A stretch of DNA of 64,000 bases from Shewanella sp. CG12_big_fil_rev_8_21_14_0_65_47_15. Its GTDB lineage: Bacteria > Pseudomonadota > Gammaproteobacteria > Enterobacterales > Shewanellaceae. The stretch spans positions 27,370 through 91,369 of the forward strand of contig NZ_PFGL01000041.1 in the NCBI RefSeq assembly GCF_002783505.1, given 5' to 3'. Positions 30,328 through 41,155 of this stretch are shown piece after piece. Under the pieces are notes generated by a model. The model searched no databases. It was not told the origin of the DNA and worked only from the letters and a program-made list of their open reading frames with translations. Within the stretch, counting starts at the first letter, position 1; every line of letters starts with the position of its first letter. Made by a program: the position numbers and the translations under genes.

Positions 30328-31149
30328 ATGGATTTTATACTATGCCGTTATGCAAAGTTTTTTTCATTTGTTGTATGTGACCAGTTAATTTCAATTCCAA
30401 TCAAAAAAATTGCTGTTGTTTTTTCTTTATTTTCCCTTATTTCTTCCTTTTCTGTATTAGCACAGTCAACCCCCTGGAACTTTGAAGCTTCTTCCTATAT
30501 CTGGCTCCCTGAGTCAACCACAGGTATAAAAACTGATGCTGGAACAATAAATAGCGTACTGGGCGTCAGTGATGCCTTGGAACAGTTAGATCTTGGGATC
30601 ATGCTGACTGGGGTTGTTCAGCGTGACAAATGGAGCCTAGTAGGTGACTTTGTTTATCTGAATTTAGAGACCGAAGAAACCGCACCTTTCGGGACATTCT
30701 ATAGCAAACTTGAATCTGAGAGTACTTTATCTATTCTCAGCACTTATGCCTTTTACCAAGTTTATCATCACTCAAACTTTAGTATTGGTCTCGGTGCTGG
30801 GGCTCGGGTGGTGAATTCAGAAGTTGAAATAGTGTTAATGCCTGGCCTGCTGCCATCACATAACGAGAATATCAGTGACGATTGGATCGATCCTTTATTG
30901 GCAATTCGGCTCTTTGGTCAGCTAAGTGAAAAATGGAGCGCTTCCTTCGTTATGGATACAGGTGGTTTTGGTGCAGGCAGCGCTTCTGATTCAACCTGGC
31001 AGGCAGCCGCATTGATTGCTTATCAACTTACAGACAGCTGGCTAATGCGTGGCGGTTATCGACATCTTGATATTGATCGCCAAGCTGATGGGCAGTTGTA
31101 TGATTTCAAAATGACAGGCGTTCTATTTGGCGTCAGTTATTTGTTCTAG
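30328..31149 (+). CDS. outer-membrane beta-barrel-like protein (unknown family)
   Basis: Internal signal-like segment IAVVFSLFSLISSFSVLAQS, alternating amphipathic strands, and a C-terminal GVSYLF aromatic terminus typical of OMPs. The only ATG lies 26 codons before the signal-like segment, so the start is unclear. Confidence 0.5.
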   Translation: MDFILCRYAKFFSFVVCDQLISIPIKKIAVVFSLFSLISSFSVLAQSTPWNFEASSYIWLPESTTGIKTDAGTINSVLGVSDALEQLDLGIMLTGVVQRDKWSLVGDFVYLNLETEETAPFGTFYSKLESESTLSILSTYAFYQVYHHSNFSIGLGAGARVVNSEVEIVLMPGLLPSHNENISDDWIDPLLAIRLFGQLSEKWSASFVMDTGGFGAGSASDSTWQAAALIAYQLTDSWLMRGGYRHLDIDRQADGQLYDFKMTGVLFGVSYLF

Positions 31150-31179
31150 TCTTTCTACATTTAAGGGAGTCACTGGCGT

Positions 31180-32649
31180 ATGATTTCGATAAGAGAAAAG
31201 TTAAAACACTTTGCCGAGTTACTTATGTTTCTCACTGTAGTAATGACGTTGTCAGCTTGTGGTGTACCGGAGCCAACTGAGGATTCAACATCTCAGACTG
31301 TAGCCGTCAAGGCCACGCCGGCCGAGCTACGTGAGCTTATTAAAGAGGCTTACATCTATGGTTTCCCCATGATGGATAGCTACCGCATTCAGTATTCGTA
31401 TTTTGTCGACCAGAATAACCCGGAATACAAGGGGGCGTGGAACGAGGTGCACAACATGGCGCGTGTGTTCTCGCCGCAGGATAAGGCTATTCAAACGCCA
31501 AACTCCGATACGCCCTACAGTTTTCTCGGCGCGGACCTGCGAGCCGAGCCGCTGGTGATCAGTGTGCCAGCAATTAAGGATCGCTATTACTCACTGCAAT
31601 TCATTGATATGTACACCCACAATTTTGCCTACGTAGGCAGTCGAGCGACTGGCACTGAAGCGGGCAGTTACCTGCTAGCTGGCCCCCGTTGGCAGGGAGA
31701 CGTTCCCGAAGGAGTGAAATCCGTGATCCGTTCGGAGACGGAACTGGCGTTCGTACTTTTCCGTACCCAGCTATTTAACGATGATGATCTGGTGGCGGTT
31801 CAGAAGGTCCAAACGCAATACAGAGTCCAGCCCCTGTCACGTTTTTTGGGTACGACCCCCCCCCCGACACCGACACTCACGTTCGTTAAGCCGCTATCGG
31901 TTGAGGATCAAAAAAACGCACCGGAGTTTTTTGATATCCTCAGTTTTTTGCTTCAGTTCACTCCGCCTCATCCTAGTGAGACGGCATTGCTGGCTCGCTT
32001 CGCTAAAGTTGGCATAGGGGCAGGAAAGTCATTTGATGTTGCTTCACTTTCACCAGCGGAGCGCCAAGCGGTAACGGAGGGAATGGCTGACGCATGGAAG
32101 GCTTTTACACAGTATAAGGCCGAGATTATCGATACAGGCAAGAAGAGCAGTGCCGATGGATTCGGTACGCGCGAGTTCCTCGGCAACGACTACCTGTTGC
32201 GCATGTCGTCGGCGGTACTCGGGATCTATGGTAACTCCAAGGAGGAGGCGAACTACCCAGTCTACTTCACCGATTCTGAAGGCAAGTTGCTGGATGGTGC
32301 ATCCAACCGTTATACGCTCTACTTTAAAGCTGACCAGTTGCCCCCGGTGAACTCGTTCTGGTCGCTGACCATGTATGAGCTTCCATCCAGCCTTTTGACG
32401 GAGAATTCGCTCAACCGTTATCTGATCAACTCCCCCATGGTGCCGGATCTCGACCGAGATCCTGATGGCGGTATCACGCTATATATCCAGAACGAATCGC
32501 CTGGCAAGGAAAAGGAAGCTAACTGGTTGCCTGCACCCAAGGGCCCATTCTTCCTCGTTTTGCGTGAGTACTGGCCCAAGCCCGAAGCACTCGATGGCAG
32601 CTGGAAGACTCCGAAATTAGTCGGTACAGCGATATCCATACAACCCTAA
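31180..32649 (+). CDS. lipoprotein with DUF1254 + DUF1214-like domains
   Basis: Lipobox LSAC. YIYGFPMMDSYRIQY (DUF1254-like) and NSFWSLTMYE (DUF1214-like) match signatures as I remember them. Confidence 0.65.
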   Translation: MISIREKLKHFAELLMFLTVVMTLSACGVPEPTEDSTSQTVAVKATPAELRELIKEAYIYGFPMMDSYRIQYSYFVDQNNPEYKGAWNEVHNMARVFSPQDKAIQTPNSDTPYSFLGADLRAEPLVISVPAIKDRYYSLQFIDMYTHNFAYVGSRATGTEAGSYLLAGPRWQGDVPEGVKSVIRSETELAFVLFRTQLFNDDDLVAVQKVQTQYRVQPLSRFLGTTPPPTPTLTFVKPLSVEDQKNAPEFFDILSFLLQFTPPHPSETALLARFAKVGIGAGKSFDVASLSPAERQAVTEGMADAWKAFTQYKAEIIDTGKKSSADGFGTREFLGNDYLLRMSSAVLGIYGNSKEEANYPVYFTDSEGKLLDGASNRYTLYFKADQLPPVNSFWSLTMYELPSSLLTENSLNRYLINSPMVPDLDRDPDGGITLYIQNESPGKEKEANWLPAPKGPFFLVLREYWPKPEALDGSWKTPKLVGTAISIQP

Positions 32650-32673
32650 ACCTTTATCCCAATCGAGGTATTT

Positions 32674-33798
32674 ATGAAGAATATGTGCATTGCCTTCAAT
32701 CTCTATATCGTCGCTCAGCTGGCAGTTGTGGCGGGGGGCGGTCTTGGCCAAGCAGTAGCTGCGACGGCTCCCACCGTCGCCACGGTACCTTCGGTGGTCC
32801 CAGACTTGGCGAGTTCGGAACGCTGGGCAAAAAGTGCTGACGGTAAAATCATTGTCACGCCTGATAATTTTATCCGAGCCGAGTCCGATCTCTATATGGC
32901 TGGCCAAGTCAAGGATGGGGCGTTTGGTCAGCTCAAACACACCCGTTCACCCGCCCCTGTGGATAAGCAACTCATTGTGCGCCTCAACCGCGATACTATC
33001 TATTCATCAGGAATATTCGACCTCGAAGCTGGCCCGGTTACGATAAACCTACCTGATCCGGGAGAGCGTTTTTTGTCGGTACTGCTTATTAATCAAGACC
33101 ACTACAATCCACAGGTTTTCTATGGGGCCGGCACCCATACGCTAACAAAAGAAGCAGTGGGTACCCGTTATGTCATGGTGGCAGTACGCATCTTGGCTGA
33201 TCCTAATGATCCGAAGGACATGAGAGCTGCGAACGCACTGCAAGATGCCATCAGTGTTACCCAGCCTGGAGGGCCTGGCACTTTCGACATCCCCGCTTGG
33301 GATTCGGTTAGCCAGAAGAAAGTCCGTGACGCGTTGATCGCCCTGTCCAATACTATTCCGGATCTGCGCTACGCTGCCGGAGTGGACAAAGACTCTGTGG
33401 ATCCGGTTCGGCGCATTGCCGCTGCAGCCTCTGGCTGGGGGCTGAATCCTGACAAGGATGCCATCTACCTGAATGTGTTTCCGCAAAAGAATGACGGAAA
33501 GGTCCCGTACCAGCTTAAGGTAAAAGATGTCCCCGTCGATGGATTTTGGTCGGTCACCGCTTACACTGCCGAAGGGTATTTTGCGCCCAATGATCTCAAT
33601 GCCTATTCGATCAATAGCATCACTGGCAGTAAGGGCGATGACGGTTCGATCAGGATACAGTTCGGCGGCTGCACATCGAAGGTGCAGAACTGCCTGCCAG
33701 TGACCGACGGCTGGAACTATATGGTTCGCCTGTATCGTCCACAGTCGAAGATTCTGGACGGTAGTTGGTCGTTCCCCCTCGCTGAGCCGCTCAACTAG
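32674..33798 (+). CDS. secreted DUF1254/DUF1214-like protein (paralogous fold to the upstream gene)
   Basis: Signal peptide, then DGFWSVTAY (DUF1214-like) and WNYMVRLYRP, parallel to the FFLVLREYWP of the upstream protein. Confidence 0.6.
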   Translation: MKNMCIAFNLYIVAQLAVVAGGGLGQAVAATAPTVATVPSVVPDLASSERWAKSADGKIIVTPDNFIRAESDLYMAGQVKDGAFGQLKHTRSPAPVDKQLIVRLNRDTIYSSGIFDLEAGPVTINLPDPGERFLSVLLINQDHYNPQVFYGAGTHTLTKEAVGTRYVMVAVRILADPNDPKDMRAANALQDAISVTQPGGPGTFDIPAWDSVSQKKVRDALIALSNTIPDLRYAAGVDKDSVDPVRRIAAAASGWGLNPDKDAIYLNVFPQKNDGKVPYQLKVKDVPVDGFWSVTAYTAEGYFAPNDLNAYSINSITGSKGDDGSIRIQFGGCTSKVQNCLPVTDGWNYMVRLYRPQSKILDGSWSFPLAEPLN

Positions 33799-33931
33799 CC
33801 ATCTGCTGCGCGATCCAGACTTTAGTGAAACATTTAGGGATATTTTTAAGAAATTTCTAAGTATGGTATAGATAATGGGTATTTCTTCCTCGTGGATACT
33901 CAAGTGGGAGTAGTTATATAAATTAATGATT

Positions 33932-33970
33932 AAAAGGCGCCTAGTGTGCCTTTTTTGTTGCCTGAAGGAT
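33932..33970 (+). terminator. terminator after the island; right copy of the direct repeat
   Basis: AAAAGGCGC-CTAGT-GTGCCTTTTTTGTTGCCTGAAGG. The hairpin has one G-U pair. The T-tract and downstream bases match those of the guaA terminator. Confidence 0.65.
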
Positions 33971-34059
33971 TAACTTAGTAAGCATGACTCAACCGTGAAA
34001 TATTTGTGCTTGACTGATATAATTCGGCATTATTTTGGGGCTAGTGGATAGAGGCGTGA

Positions 34060-34572
<513 letters not shown>

Positions 34573-34991
34573 ACGCTAAGACAGGCGTATTAATCCTGAT
34601 TCTGGATAAAGGTAAAGAACAGTTTTTGACGATTTAACACTCGGCGATGACGGACCTTGAGTAAGGCCCTGCGACGCAACGCATTATTATGGATTGTTTT
34701 TTTTCTCATATTGACCCCATTTTTGATTATTTTTATCTGTGTTACTCAATACTGTTATTATTTCAACTGCCAGCCTGAAACCGCTTACTGCTGTGACATT
34801 ACTGACGCTATGACAGTAACAGTTGAGATAGGGGGGCGGCAATCCCCTTTCGGTGTATCTGCTTTATAAACCAGCATGTTAATCGCTTAAGCACTTTAAC
34901 GCTTTCTTGCTTAATCTAAGATGAAAATAGACCAAAAGTATACTGAGAAAGTGAGCCTTGGGCGCTAGCGCAAGTTTTTCAGATTTCGTGC

Positions 34992-36452
34992 TTACTTGGG
35001 GTTATCTGGACTCAATGATCCTTTAGGTAAGCTGAGGGTTTCTTCTGCGGTGAGGTCGCTAGGTTCTTCCTCTGGATTTTGTGGTTTCGACTGATTATCC
35101 ACCCAGACTAAGGTGTCGTAATATCGGCGAATGCTGTCAACGTAATGGACCGCTTCACTGCCTCTGGCGTAGCCATAGCGGGTCTTTTGGTAGTGTTTAC
35201 GCTTTTGCAGCAGTGGCAGTACCTTCTTTAAATCCCGCCACGCATTTGGGTTTAGCTCCATAGACTCAGCCAGTTTTCGTGCATCCTCGACATGGGCGTA
35301 ACCAATATTGTAGGAGGCGAGGGCAAACCACATGCGCTGACTTTCGGGGATGGATTCGGGTAAACGGTTAATCATGTCACGTAAATAAGCTGCACCACCA
35401 CGGATACTTTCTTCGGCGTCGAGGCGATTAGTGATACCGATTTCTTTTGCTGTGGGTTCAGTAAGCATCATCATGCCGCGTACTCCCGTGGGGGAACGGG
35501 CATTAGGGTTCCAATGGGATTCTTGGTAGCTGGTGGCGGCCAGTTTACGCCAGTCTAAATCACCTGCATGTGCCTCAAATAGTTGGCGATAACGGGGGAG
35601 AACGGTTCCGATGGCGCGTAGGAAGGCGCGGGTATCGATATAATCGAAACGCTTAACGTGGCCAAAGTATTTCTCGTTTAAATGATCGAGAGTACCAGCG
35701 AGTTTTTCTTGATGCCAAAATGCCAGTAATTGACTCATAAGTTCATCACTGTGGGTGGGCGGTAATAACCAGACCACATCGAGTTTCTCTTCTAGCATCA
35801 GGCCCGAGCGCAAATCGGGCAGATAGCGACGGTTGATTTGGACACTGCTGGAGTCGGCGATTGTGTAGTCAATTTCTTTATTGGCGATCATCGCCAGCAA
35901 CTCTTCACTGTCTTTGTCTGTCACTTGATCCCATACGAGTGATGGGTTGTGTTTCTGCAATTGGGTTAAGGTCTCCACAAATGCCGAGTCGGCAATGACA
36001 GTGATCTTACCTTTTAACTCACTGATATCTTTGGGTGTTGGCATACCTTCACGGTAAACTAATACTTGATTGACTCGATACAAAGGTGGGCCGAAGCGAA
36101 ATTGCTCTCGGCGGGCGGGCGTTTCCGTCATACCGGCGGCAATGATATCAATTTCATTCTTTTTGAGGGCTTCATATAGCTCAGCACGATTGGTGAAGGG
36201 CCGCATTTTTAAGGGAACATTGAGGTATTCGGCAAAAAGCACCGCCATATCATAATCGAAACCGCTATTTCCTTGACCCGATGTCATATAAATTTGCGGT
36301 CCGTAAAGGGTCCCAACTCGCAATTCGGTGAGCTTTTTGGGGGCGAATTCTGTTTCGTCCACGGTAACTTGCTGACAGGCTGTCAGTAAGAAACCAAAGA
36401 TGATAGCGAGCAGAAATCGTGTCTTTAAATACATTTTGTTAAATAAAATCAA
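34992..36452 (-). CDS. mltF: membrane-bound lytic murein transglycosylase F
   Basis: An N-terminal SBP-like domain plus a C-terminal SLT domain (SYQESHWNP...GMMMLT). Divergent from purL as in enterobacteria. An alternative start lies at 36434. Confidence 0.85.
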   Translation of the reverse strand: MILFNKMYLKTRFLLAIIFGFLLTACQQVTVDETEFAPKKLTELRVGTLYGPQIYMTSGQGNSGFDYDMAVLFAEYLNVPLKMRPFTNRAELYEALKKNEIDIIAAGMTETPARREQFRFGPPLYRVNQVLVYREGMPTPKDISELKGKITVIADSAFVETLTQLQKHNPSLVWDQVTDKDSEELLAMIANKEIDYTIADSSSVQINRRYLPDLRSGLMLEEKLDVVWLLPPTHSDELMSQLLAFWHQEKLAGTLDHLNEKYFGHVKRFDYIDTRAFLRAIGTVLPRYRQLFEAHAGDLDWRKLAATSYQESHWNPNARSPTGVRGMMMLTEPTAKEIGITNRLDAEESIRGGAAYLRDMINRLPESIPESQRMWFALASYNIGYAHVEDARKLAESMELNPNAWRDLKKVLPLLQKRKHYQKTRYGYARGSEAVHYVDSIRRYYDTLVWVDNQSKPQNPEEEPSDLTAEETLSLPKGSLSPDNPK

Positions 36453-36701
36453 TTTGATAAATAGCGAGTGGTCAGTGAGGTCGCAAAGATAAAATGGCCG
36501 ACGTTGCTGTGATTATATCCGTTTGTCTGGGATAGCGTAAAAAAATCGCACTAGGGGAAAGGAAGAGACCCGACAAACCAGCACTTTTTATATCATAGGA
36601 AACACTGTTTTGCGTAAGGTCACAGGTGATTTGTGACAGACATTTCCTTATAATAGCGCCACCTCTGACCCCTGCAATAATAAATAATAAGGTGAATAGA
36701 C

Positions 36702-39700
36702 GTGATGGAGATCATCCGCGGAGCCCCTGCACTCTCGACGTTTAGGGTGCAAAAGCTGATGGAGGCCTGCGAAAACGCTGCGCTTCCGGTACGCCAAATC
36801 TATGCTGAGTATGTTCATTTAGCGGATTTGAGCGAGTTGCTCGACACAAATGAACGCCAGCAACTTGAAAAAATTCTCACCTATGGACCTGCGATAGAAG
36901 CTCATATCCCCCAAGGTTCACTCCTGTTTGTCACTCCTCGCCCCGGTACTATTTCTCCTTGGTCTTCAAAAGCCACTGACATCGCACACAATTGTGGCCT
37001 TGGAAAAGTGAAGCGTTTGGAGCGAGGCGTTGCGTATTATGTCGAGTCAGATGCACTGACAGCGCCTCAGCAACAAGCCTTAAATGCGCTGTTGCACGAT
37101 CGTATGGTGGAAATTATCCTCGATGACTTTGCCAAAGCCGATGTGCTGTTCAAACGCACTGAGCCTGCGCCGTTTAAGAGCGTCAATATTCTTGGGGAAG
37201 GTCGCCGCGCACTTGAAGTGGCTAACACAGCATTGGGGCTTGCCTTAGCCGAAGATGAAATCGACTATTTAGTCGAGAACTTTGTACGTTTAGGCCGTAA
37301 TCCCCACGATATCGAATTGATGATGTTTGCTCAGGCTAACTCTGAGCATTGCCGTCATAAGATTTTTAACGCAGATTGGACCATTGACGGCGAAGTTCAA
37401 CCTAAGTCTCTGTTCAAAATGATTAAGAACACCTTTGAAACCACGCCAGATCACGTGTTATCAGCCTATAAAGATAACGCCGCTGTGATGGAAGGCTCGG
37501 TTGCCGGTCGTTTCTTCCCCGATCCAAACGGGGTGTATAGCTATCACACTGAAGCTATGCATGTCTTGATGAAGGTGGAAACCCACAACCATCCAACCGC
37601 GATTAGCCCCTATCCTGGCGCTGCAACCGGTTCAGGTGGCGAAATCCGTGATGAAGGCGCAACGGGCCGCGGTTCTAAACCTAAAGCGGGTTTAACGGGC
37701 TTTAGCGTATCAAATTTAAACATCCCGGGTTTTGTTCAACCATGGGAAGGTAATTACGGCAAGCCAGATCGTATCGTGAGCGCGCTGGATATCATGACCG
37801 AAGGCCCTCTCGGCGGCGCGGCGTTTAACAACGAGTTTGGTCGTCCTGCGCTGGTCGGTTATTTCCGTACCTATGAGCAGGAAGTCTGCAGTCATAACGG
37901 TGTTGAAGTCCGCGGTTATCACAAGCCAATTATGTTAGCCGGTGGTTTAGGTAATATTCGCGCTGAGCATGTGCAGAAGGGCGAAATCACCGTTGGTGCT
38001 AAGCTGATTGTGCTCGGTGGCCCTGCGATGAACATTGGTCTGGGTGGCGGCGCCGCTTCATCTATGGCATCGGGTCAATCGAGTGAAGATCTCGACTTTG
38101 CTTCTGTGCAACGTGAAAACCCAGAAATGGAGCGTCGTTGTCAGGAAGTGATCGACCGCTGCTGGCAGCTTGGCGATAAAAACCCTATCCAATTTATCCA
38201 CGATGTGGGCGCGGGCGGTTTGTCGAACGCCTTCCCAGAACTGGTGAATGACGGCGAGCGCGGCGGTTTGTTTAATCTGCGTAATGTGCCTTCGGATGAG
38301 CCCGGCATGAGCCCGCTGGAAATCTGGTGTAACGAGTCACAGGAACGTTATGTGCTGTCGGTTGCCCCAGAAAACCTCGCGCTATTTACCGCCATCTGTG
38401 AGCGTGAGCGCGCACCGTTTGCGGTGGTGGGTGAAGCGACTGCGGAGAAGCATTTAACGCTTAGTGACAGCCATTTCGATAATAATCCTATCGATTTACC
38501 CCTCGAAGTCCTATTAGGCAAAGCGCCTAAGATGAGCCGCGATGTGGTTTCTGCCAAAGCGGTATCACCAGCGCTAGCGCAAAATAATATTGATGTTAAA
38601 GAAGCGGTTAAACGCGTACTGAGCTTGCCAACGGTCGCAGATAAAACCTTCCTTATTACCATTGGCGACCGCACAGTCACGGGCTTAGTGAACCGTGACC
38701 AAATGGTGGGTCCATGGCAAGTGCCAGTGGCCGATTGCGCGGTCACAGCGGCAAGTTTTGATACCTACGCCGGTGAAGCTATGTCATTGGGTGAGCGTAC
38801 GCCGCTGGCACTGCTTGACTTTGGCGCCTCTGCCCGTATGGCAGTGGCCGAGTCCATCATGAACATCGCCGGTGCCGATATCGGTTCATTTAAGCGTATC
38901 AAGCTTTCTGCCAACTGGATGTCGGCCGCGGGTCACCCCGGTGAAGATGCGGGTCTTTATGAAGCGGTGAAAGCCGTGGGTGAGGAACTGTGTCCAGAGC
39001 TGAGCCTGACCATTCCGGTCGGTAAAGACTCTATGTCGATGAAGACCGCATGGCAGCAAGATGGCGCGGATAAAACCGTGACGTCACCTATGTCGCTGGT
39101 CATCACCGCCTTTGGTGTGGTGCAAGATATTCGCAATACAGTGACGCCAGAGCTACGTACCGATAAAGGCGAAACGTCTTTACTGTTAGTGGATTTAGGC
39201 GCGGGCAAAAATCGTTTAGGCGGTTCTTGTTTAGCCCAAGTGTTTGGTGAGCTGGGTGATGTTGCGCCGGATCTTGATGATGCTGCACTGCTGCGCGGTT
39301 TCTTCGAAACCATGCAAAATCTAGTGGCTAAGAAATCGGTTATCGCTTACCACGACCGTAGCGACGGTGGTTTATTCACTACCTTAGTAGAAATGGCCTT
39401 TGCCGGTAATACAGGTCTGAATATCGATTTAGAGGATCTGCAGGGCACTGATTTAGAGCGACTCTTTAATGAAGAGCTCGGCGCTGTGCTGCAAGTGAGC
39501 CGTGACAATGCGGCGAAAATTGCCGCTCAGTTTGCTATCGCAGGCGTACCTTGTCATGTGATCGGCACACTAGCCGACGATCAACGCATCACCATTAACG
39601 ATGGCGTGCGTGAAATCTTCAGTGATAGCCGTGTGACGCTGCGTACTCTGTGGTCAGAAACCACCTATCGTATGCAAGCTTTGCGTGATAACCCAGCGTG

Positions 39701-40586
39701 CGCGCTTGAAGAGTTCAAACTTAAGCAAGATGAAACCGATTTAGGCTTAACCGTTAATTTAAGCTTCGATCCAAGTGCTGATGTTGCCGCGCCTTATATT
39801 CTTAAGGGCGCTGCGCCTAAGATGGCGATTTTGCGTGAGCAGGGCGTTAACTCCCACGTAGAAATGGCAGCGGCCTTTGACCGCGCTGGATTTGAAAGCC
39901 GCGACGTACACATGTCGGATATTTTATCTGGCCGTATCAGCCTAGAGGATTTCCAAGGTCTAGTGGCCTGTGGTGGCTTCTCTTATGGTGACGTATTAGG
40001 CGCGGGTGAAGGTTGGGCTAAGTCGATTCTGTTTAACGAGCGTGCCCGCAATGAGTTTTCACGTTTCTTCGAACGTGACTCAAGTTTTGCCCTTGGCGTG
40101 TGTAACGGTTGTCAAATGCTGTCGAACCTGAAAGAAATCATTCCAGGCAGCGAGCATTGGCCACGTTTTGTGCGTAACCGCTCAGAGCGTTTCGAAGCGC
40201 GTTTCAGCTTAGTTGAAGTGCAACAGAGCCCGTCGTTATTCTTCCAAGGCATGGCAGGTTCACGTATGCCCATCGCCGTATCCCACGGTGAAGGTTTGAC
40301 TGAGTTTGCCAGCCCTGAAGCGCTGGCGATTGCCGAAGCGTCAGGCACTATTGCCCTGCGTTTTGTTAACGGCAAGGGGGATATCGCGACTCAGTATCCA
40401 CAAAACCCGAACGGCTCGCCCAATGGCTTGACTGGGATTTGTACGACCGATGGCCGCGTGACGCTGATGATGCCACACCCTGAACGTGTGTTCAGAACCG
40501 TCGCTAACTCTTGGCATCCGGATGCTTGGGGTGAAGATAGCCCTTGGATGCGTATGTTCCGCAACGCTCGAGTGACCTTAGGCTAA
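36702..40586 (+). CDS. purL: phosphoribosylformylglycinamidine synthase (large PurL)
   Basis: 1294 aa, collinear with E. coli PurL from MMEI(I/L)RG to MRMFRNAR. The ATG at 36705 is an alternative start. Confidence 0.97.
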   Translation: MMEIIRGAPALSTFRVQKLMEACENAALPVRQIYAEYVHLADLSELLDTNERQQLEKILTYGPAIEAHIPQGSLLFVTPRPGTISPWSSKATDIAHNCGLGKVKRLERGVAYYVESDALTAPQQQALNALLHDRMVEIILDDFAKADVLFKRTEPAPFKSVNILGEGRRALEVANTALGLALAEDEIDYLVENFVRLGRNPHDIELMMFAQANSEHCRHKIFNADWTIDGEVQPKSLFKMIKNTFETTPDHVLSAYKDNAAVMEGSVAGRFFPDPNGVYSYHTEAMHVLMKVETHNHPTAISPYPGAATGSGGEIRDEGATGRGSKPKAGLTGFSVSNLNIPGFVQPWEGNYGKPDRIVSALDIMTEGPLGGAAFNNEFGRPALVGYFRTYEQEVCSHNGVEVRGYHKPIMLAGGLGNIRAEHVQKGEITVGAKLIVLGGPAMNIGLGGGAASSMASGQSSEDLDFASVQRENPEMERRCQEVIDRCWQLGDKNPIQFIHDVGAGGLSNAFPELVNDGERGGLFNLRNVPSDEPGMSPLEIWCNESQERYVLSVAPENLALFTAICERERAPFAVVGEATAEKHLTLSDSHFDNNPIDLPLEVLLGKAPKMSRDVVSAKAVSPALAQNNIDVKEAVKRVLSLPTVADKTFLITIGDRTVTGLVNRDQMVGPWQVPVADCAVTAASFDTYAGEAMSLGERTPLALLDFGASARMAVAESIMNIAGADIGSFKRIKLSANWMSAAGHPGEDAGLYEAVKAVGEELCPELSLTIPVGKDSMSMKTAWQQDGADKTVTSPMSLVITAFGVVQDIRNTVTPELRTDKGETSLLLVDLGAGKNRLGGSCLAQVFGELGDVAPDLDDAALLRGFFETMQNLVAKKSVIAYHDRSDGGLFTTLVEMAFAGNTGLNIDLEDLQGTDLERLFNEELGAVLQVSRDNAAKIAAQFAIAGVPCHVIGTLADDQRITINDGVREIFSDSRVTLRTLWSETTYRMQALRDNPACALEEFKLKQDETDLGLTVNLSFDPSADVAAPYILKGAAPKMAILREQGVNSHVEMAAAFDRAGFESRDVHMSDILSGRISLEDFQGLVACGGFSYGDVLGAGEGWAKSILFNERARNEFSRFFERDSSFALGVCNGCQMLSNLKEIIPGSEHWPRFVRNRSERFEARFSLVEVQQSPSLFFQGMAGSRMPIAVSHGEGLTEFASPEALAIAEASGTIALRFVNGKGDIATQYPQNPNGSPNGLTGICTTDGRVTLMMPHPERVFRTVANSWHPDAWGEDSPWMRMFRNARVTLG

Positions 40587-40629
40587 CTTGTTAAAATGTA
40601 GTGAGTTAGCTCGATAAGACGATAAAAAA

Positions 40630-40656
40630 AGGAGCGAAAATTTCGCTCCTTTTTTT
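40630..40656 (+). terminator. purL rho-independent terminator
   Basis: GGAGCGAAA-AT-TTCGCTCC followed by T7, with an A7 run upstream. Confidence 0.8.
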
Positions 40657-40850
40657 ATATTTAAAATGCACTTTTACGAAAACATTTATATTTCAATCTC
40701 TTTACCTATATTGCAAATAATCTAATGAACATATTTGTCAAAATGTTCATTCAACACAGTAATTACCTCTTAATAGGTAGAATGCGCAATTGTGCTATTG
40801 AAATGCATTAAATGTGAGAGGAATGATTGGGTTAAATAAAGTCGAGTTGT

Positions 40851-40886
40851 AAAAGAAAAGGCCTCCATCTCTAGGAGATGGAGGCC
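40851..40886 (-). terminator. strong terminator of the small minus-strand transcription unit
   Basis: 12-bp perfect stem GGCCTCCATCTC/GAGATGGAGGCC followed on the minus strand by TTTTCTTTT. On the plus strand it is followed by CGTTTTG, so it may be bidirectional. Confidence 0.7.
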
Positions 40887-40947
40887 CGTTTTGCGCTAAC
40901 AAAACTTCAAGTCGAATCAAAATCTATGCCGAGTAAGCGGTAAAATC

Positions 40948-41025
40948 TTATAGTTCGCGAGCTGTATAAAGTTCAACGAAAACACGCTTATAGCTGTTAA
41001 CCAGACGTTCAAATAAGTTTGTCAT
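40948..41025 (-). CDS. candidate 25-aa small protein (MTNLFERLVNSYKRVFVELYTAREL)
   Basis: ATG preceded by GGAG at 8-nt spacing. It lies between a near-consensus promoter (41127-41155) and the 40851-40886 terminator. It is below the ORF-track cutoff and I recognise no family. Confidence 0.3.
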   Translation of the reverse strand: MTNLFERLVNSYKRVFVELYTAREL

Positions 41026-41126
41026 ATCTCTATCTCCACACCAAAGTTAATACCAATGTGCGCGAAGTGGGGCTTGCCTGGGGCGCTTCACCAGTACCGT
41101 CAAACCGTCTCCTTAACACAGGACAT

Positions 41127-41155
41127 ATATTAGGCAGTTCGACGAATGTTATCAA
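41127..41155 (-). promoter_or_regulatory. near-consensus sigma-70 promoter (minus strand)
   Basis: The minus strand reads TTGATA-N17-TAATAT. Confidence 0.5.

Noticed and set aside
36601-36637. Possible PurR operator (…AAACACTGTTTTGCGT) and a CRP-like inverted repeat (GTCACA-N7-TGTGAC) upstream of purL.
   Set aside because: Only the right half-site (TTTGCGT) matches the ACGCAAACGTTTGCGT consensus, about 10 of 16 positions, and the central CG is missing. In the inverted repeat the arms are in the opposite order to a CRP site. Neither is good enough to call without a PWM scan and comparative data.
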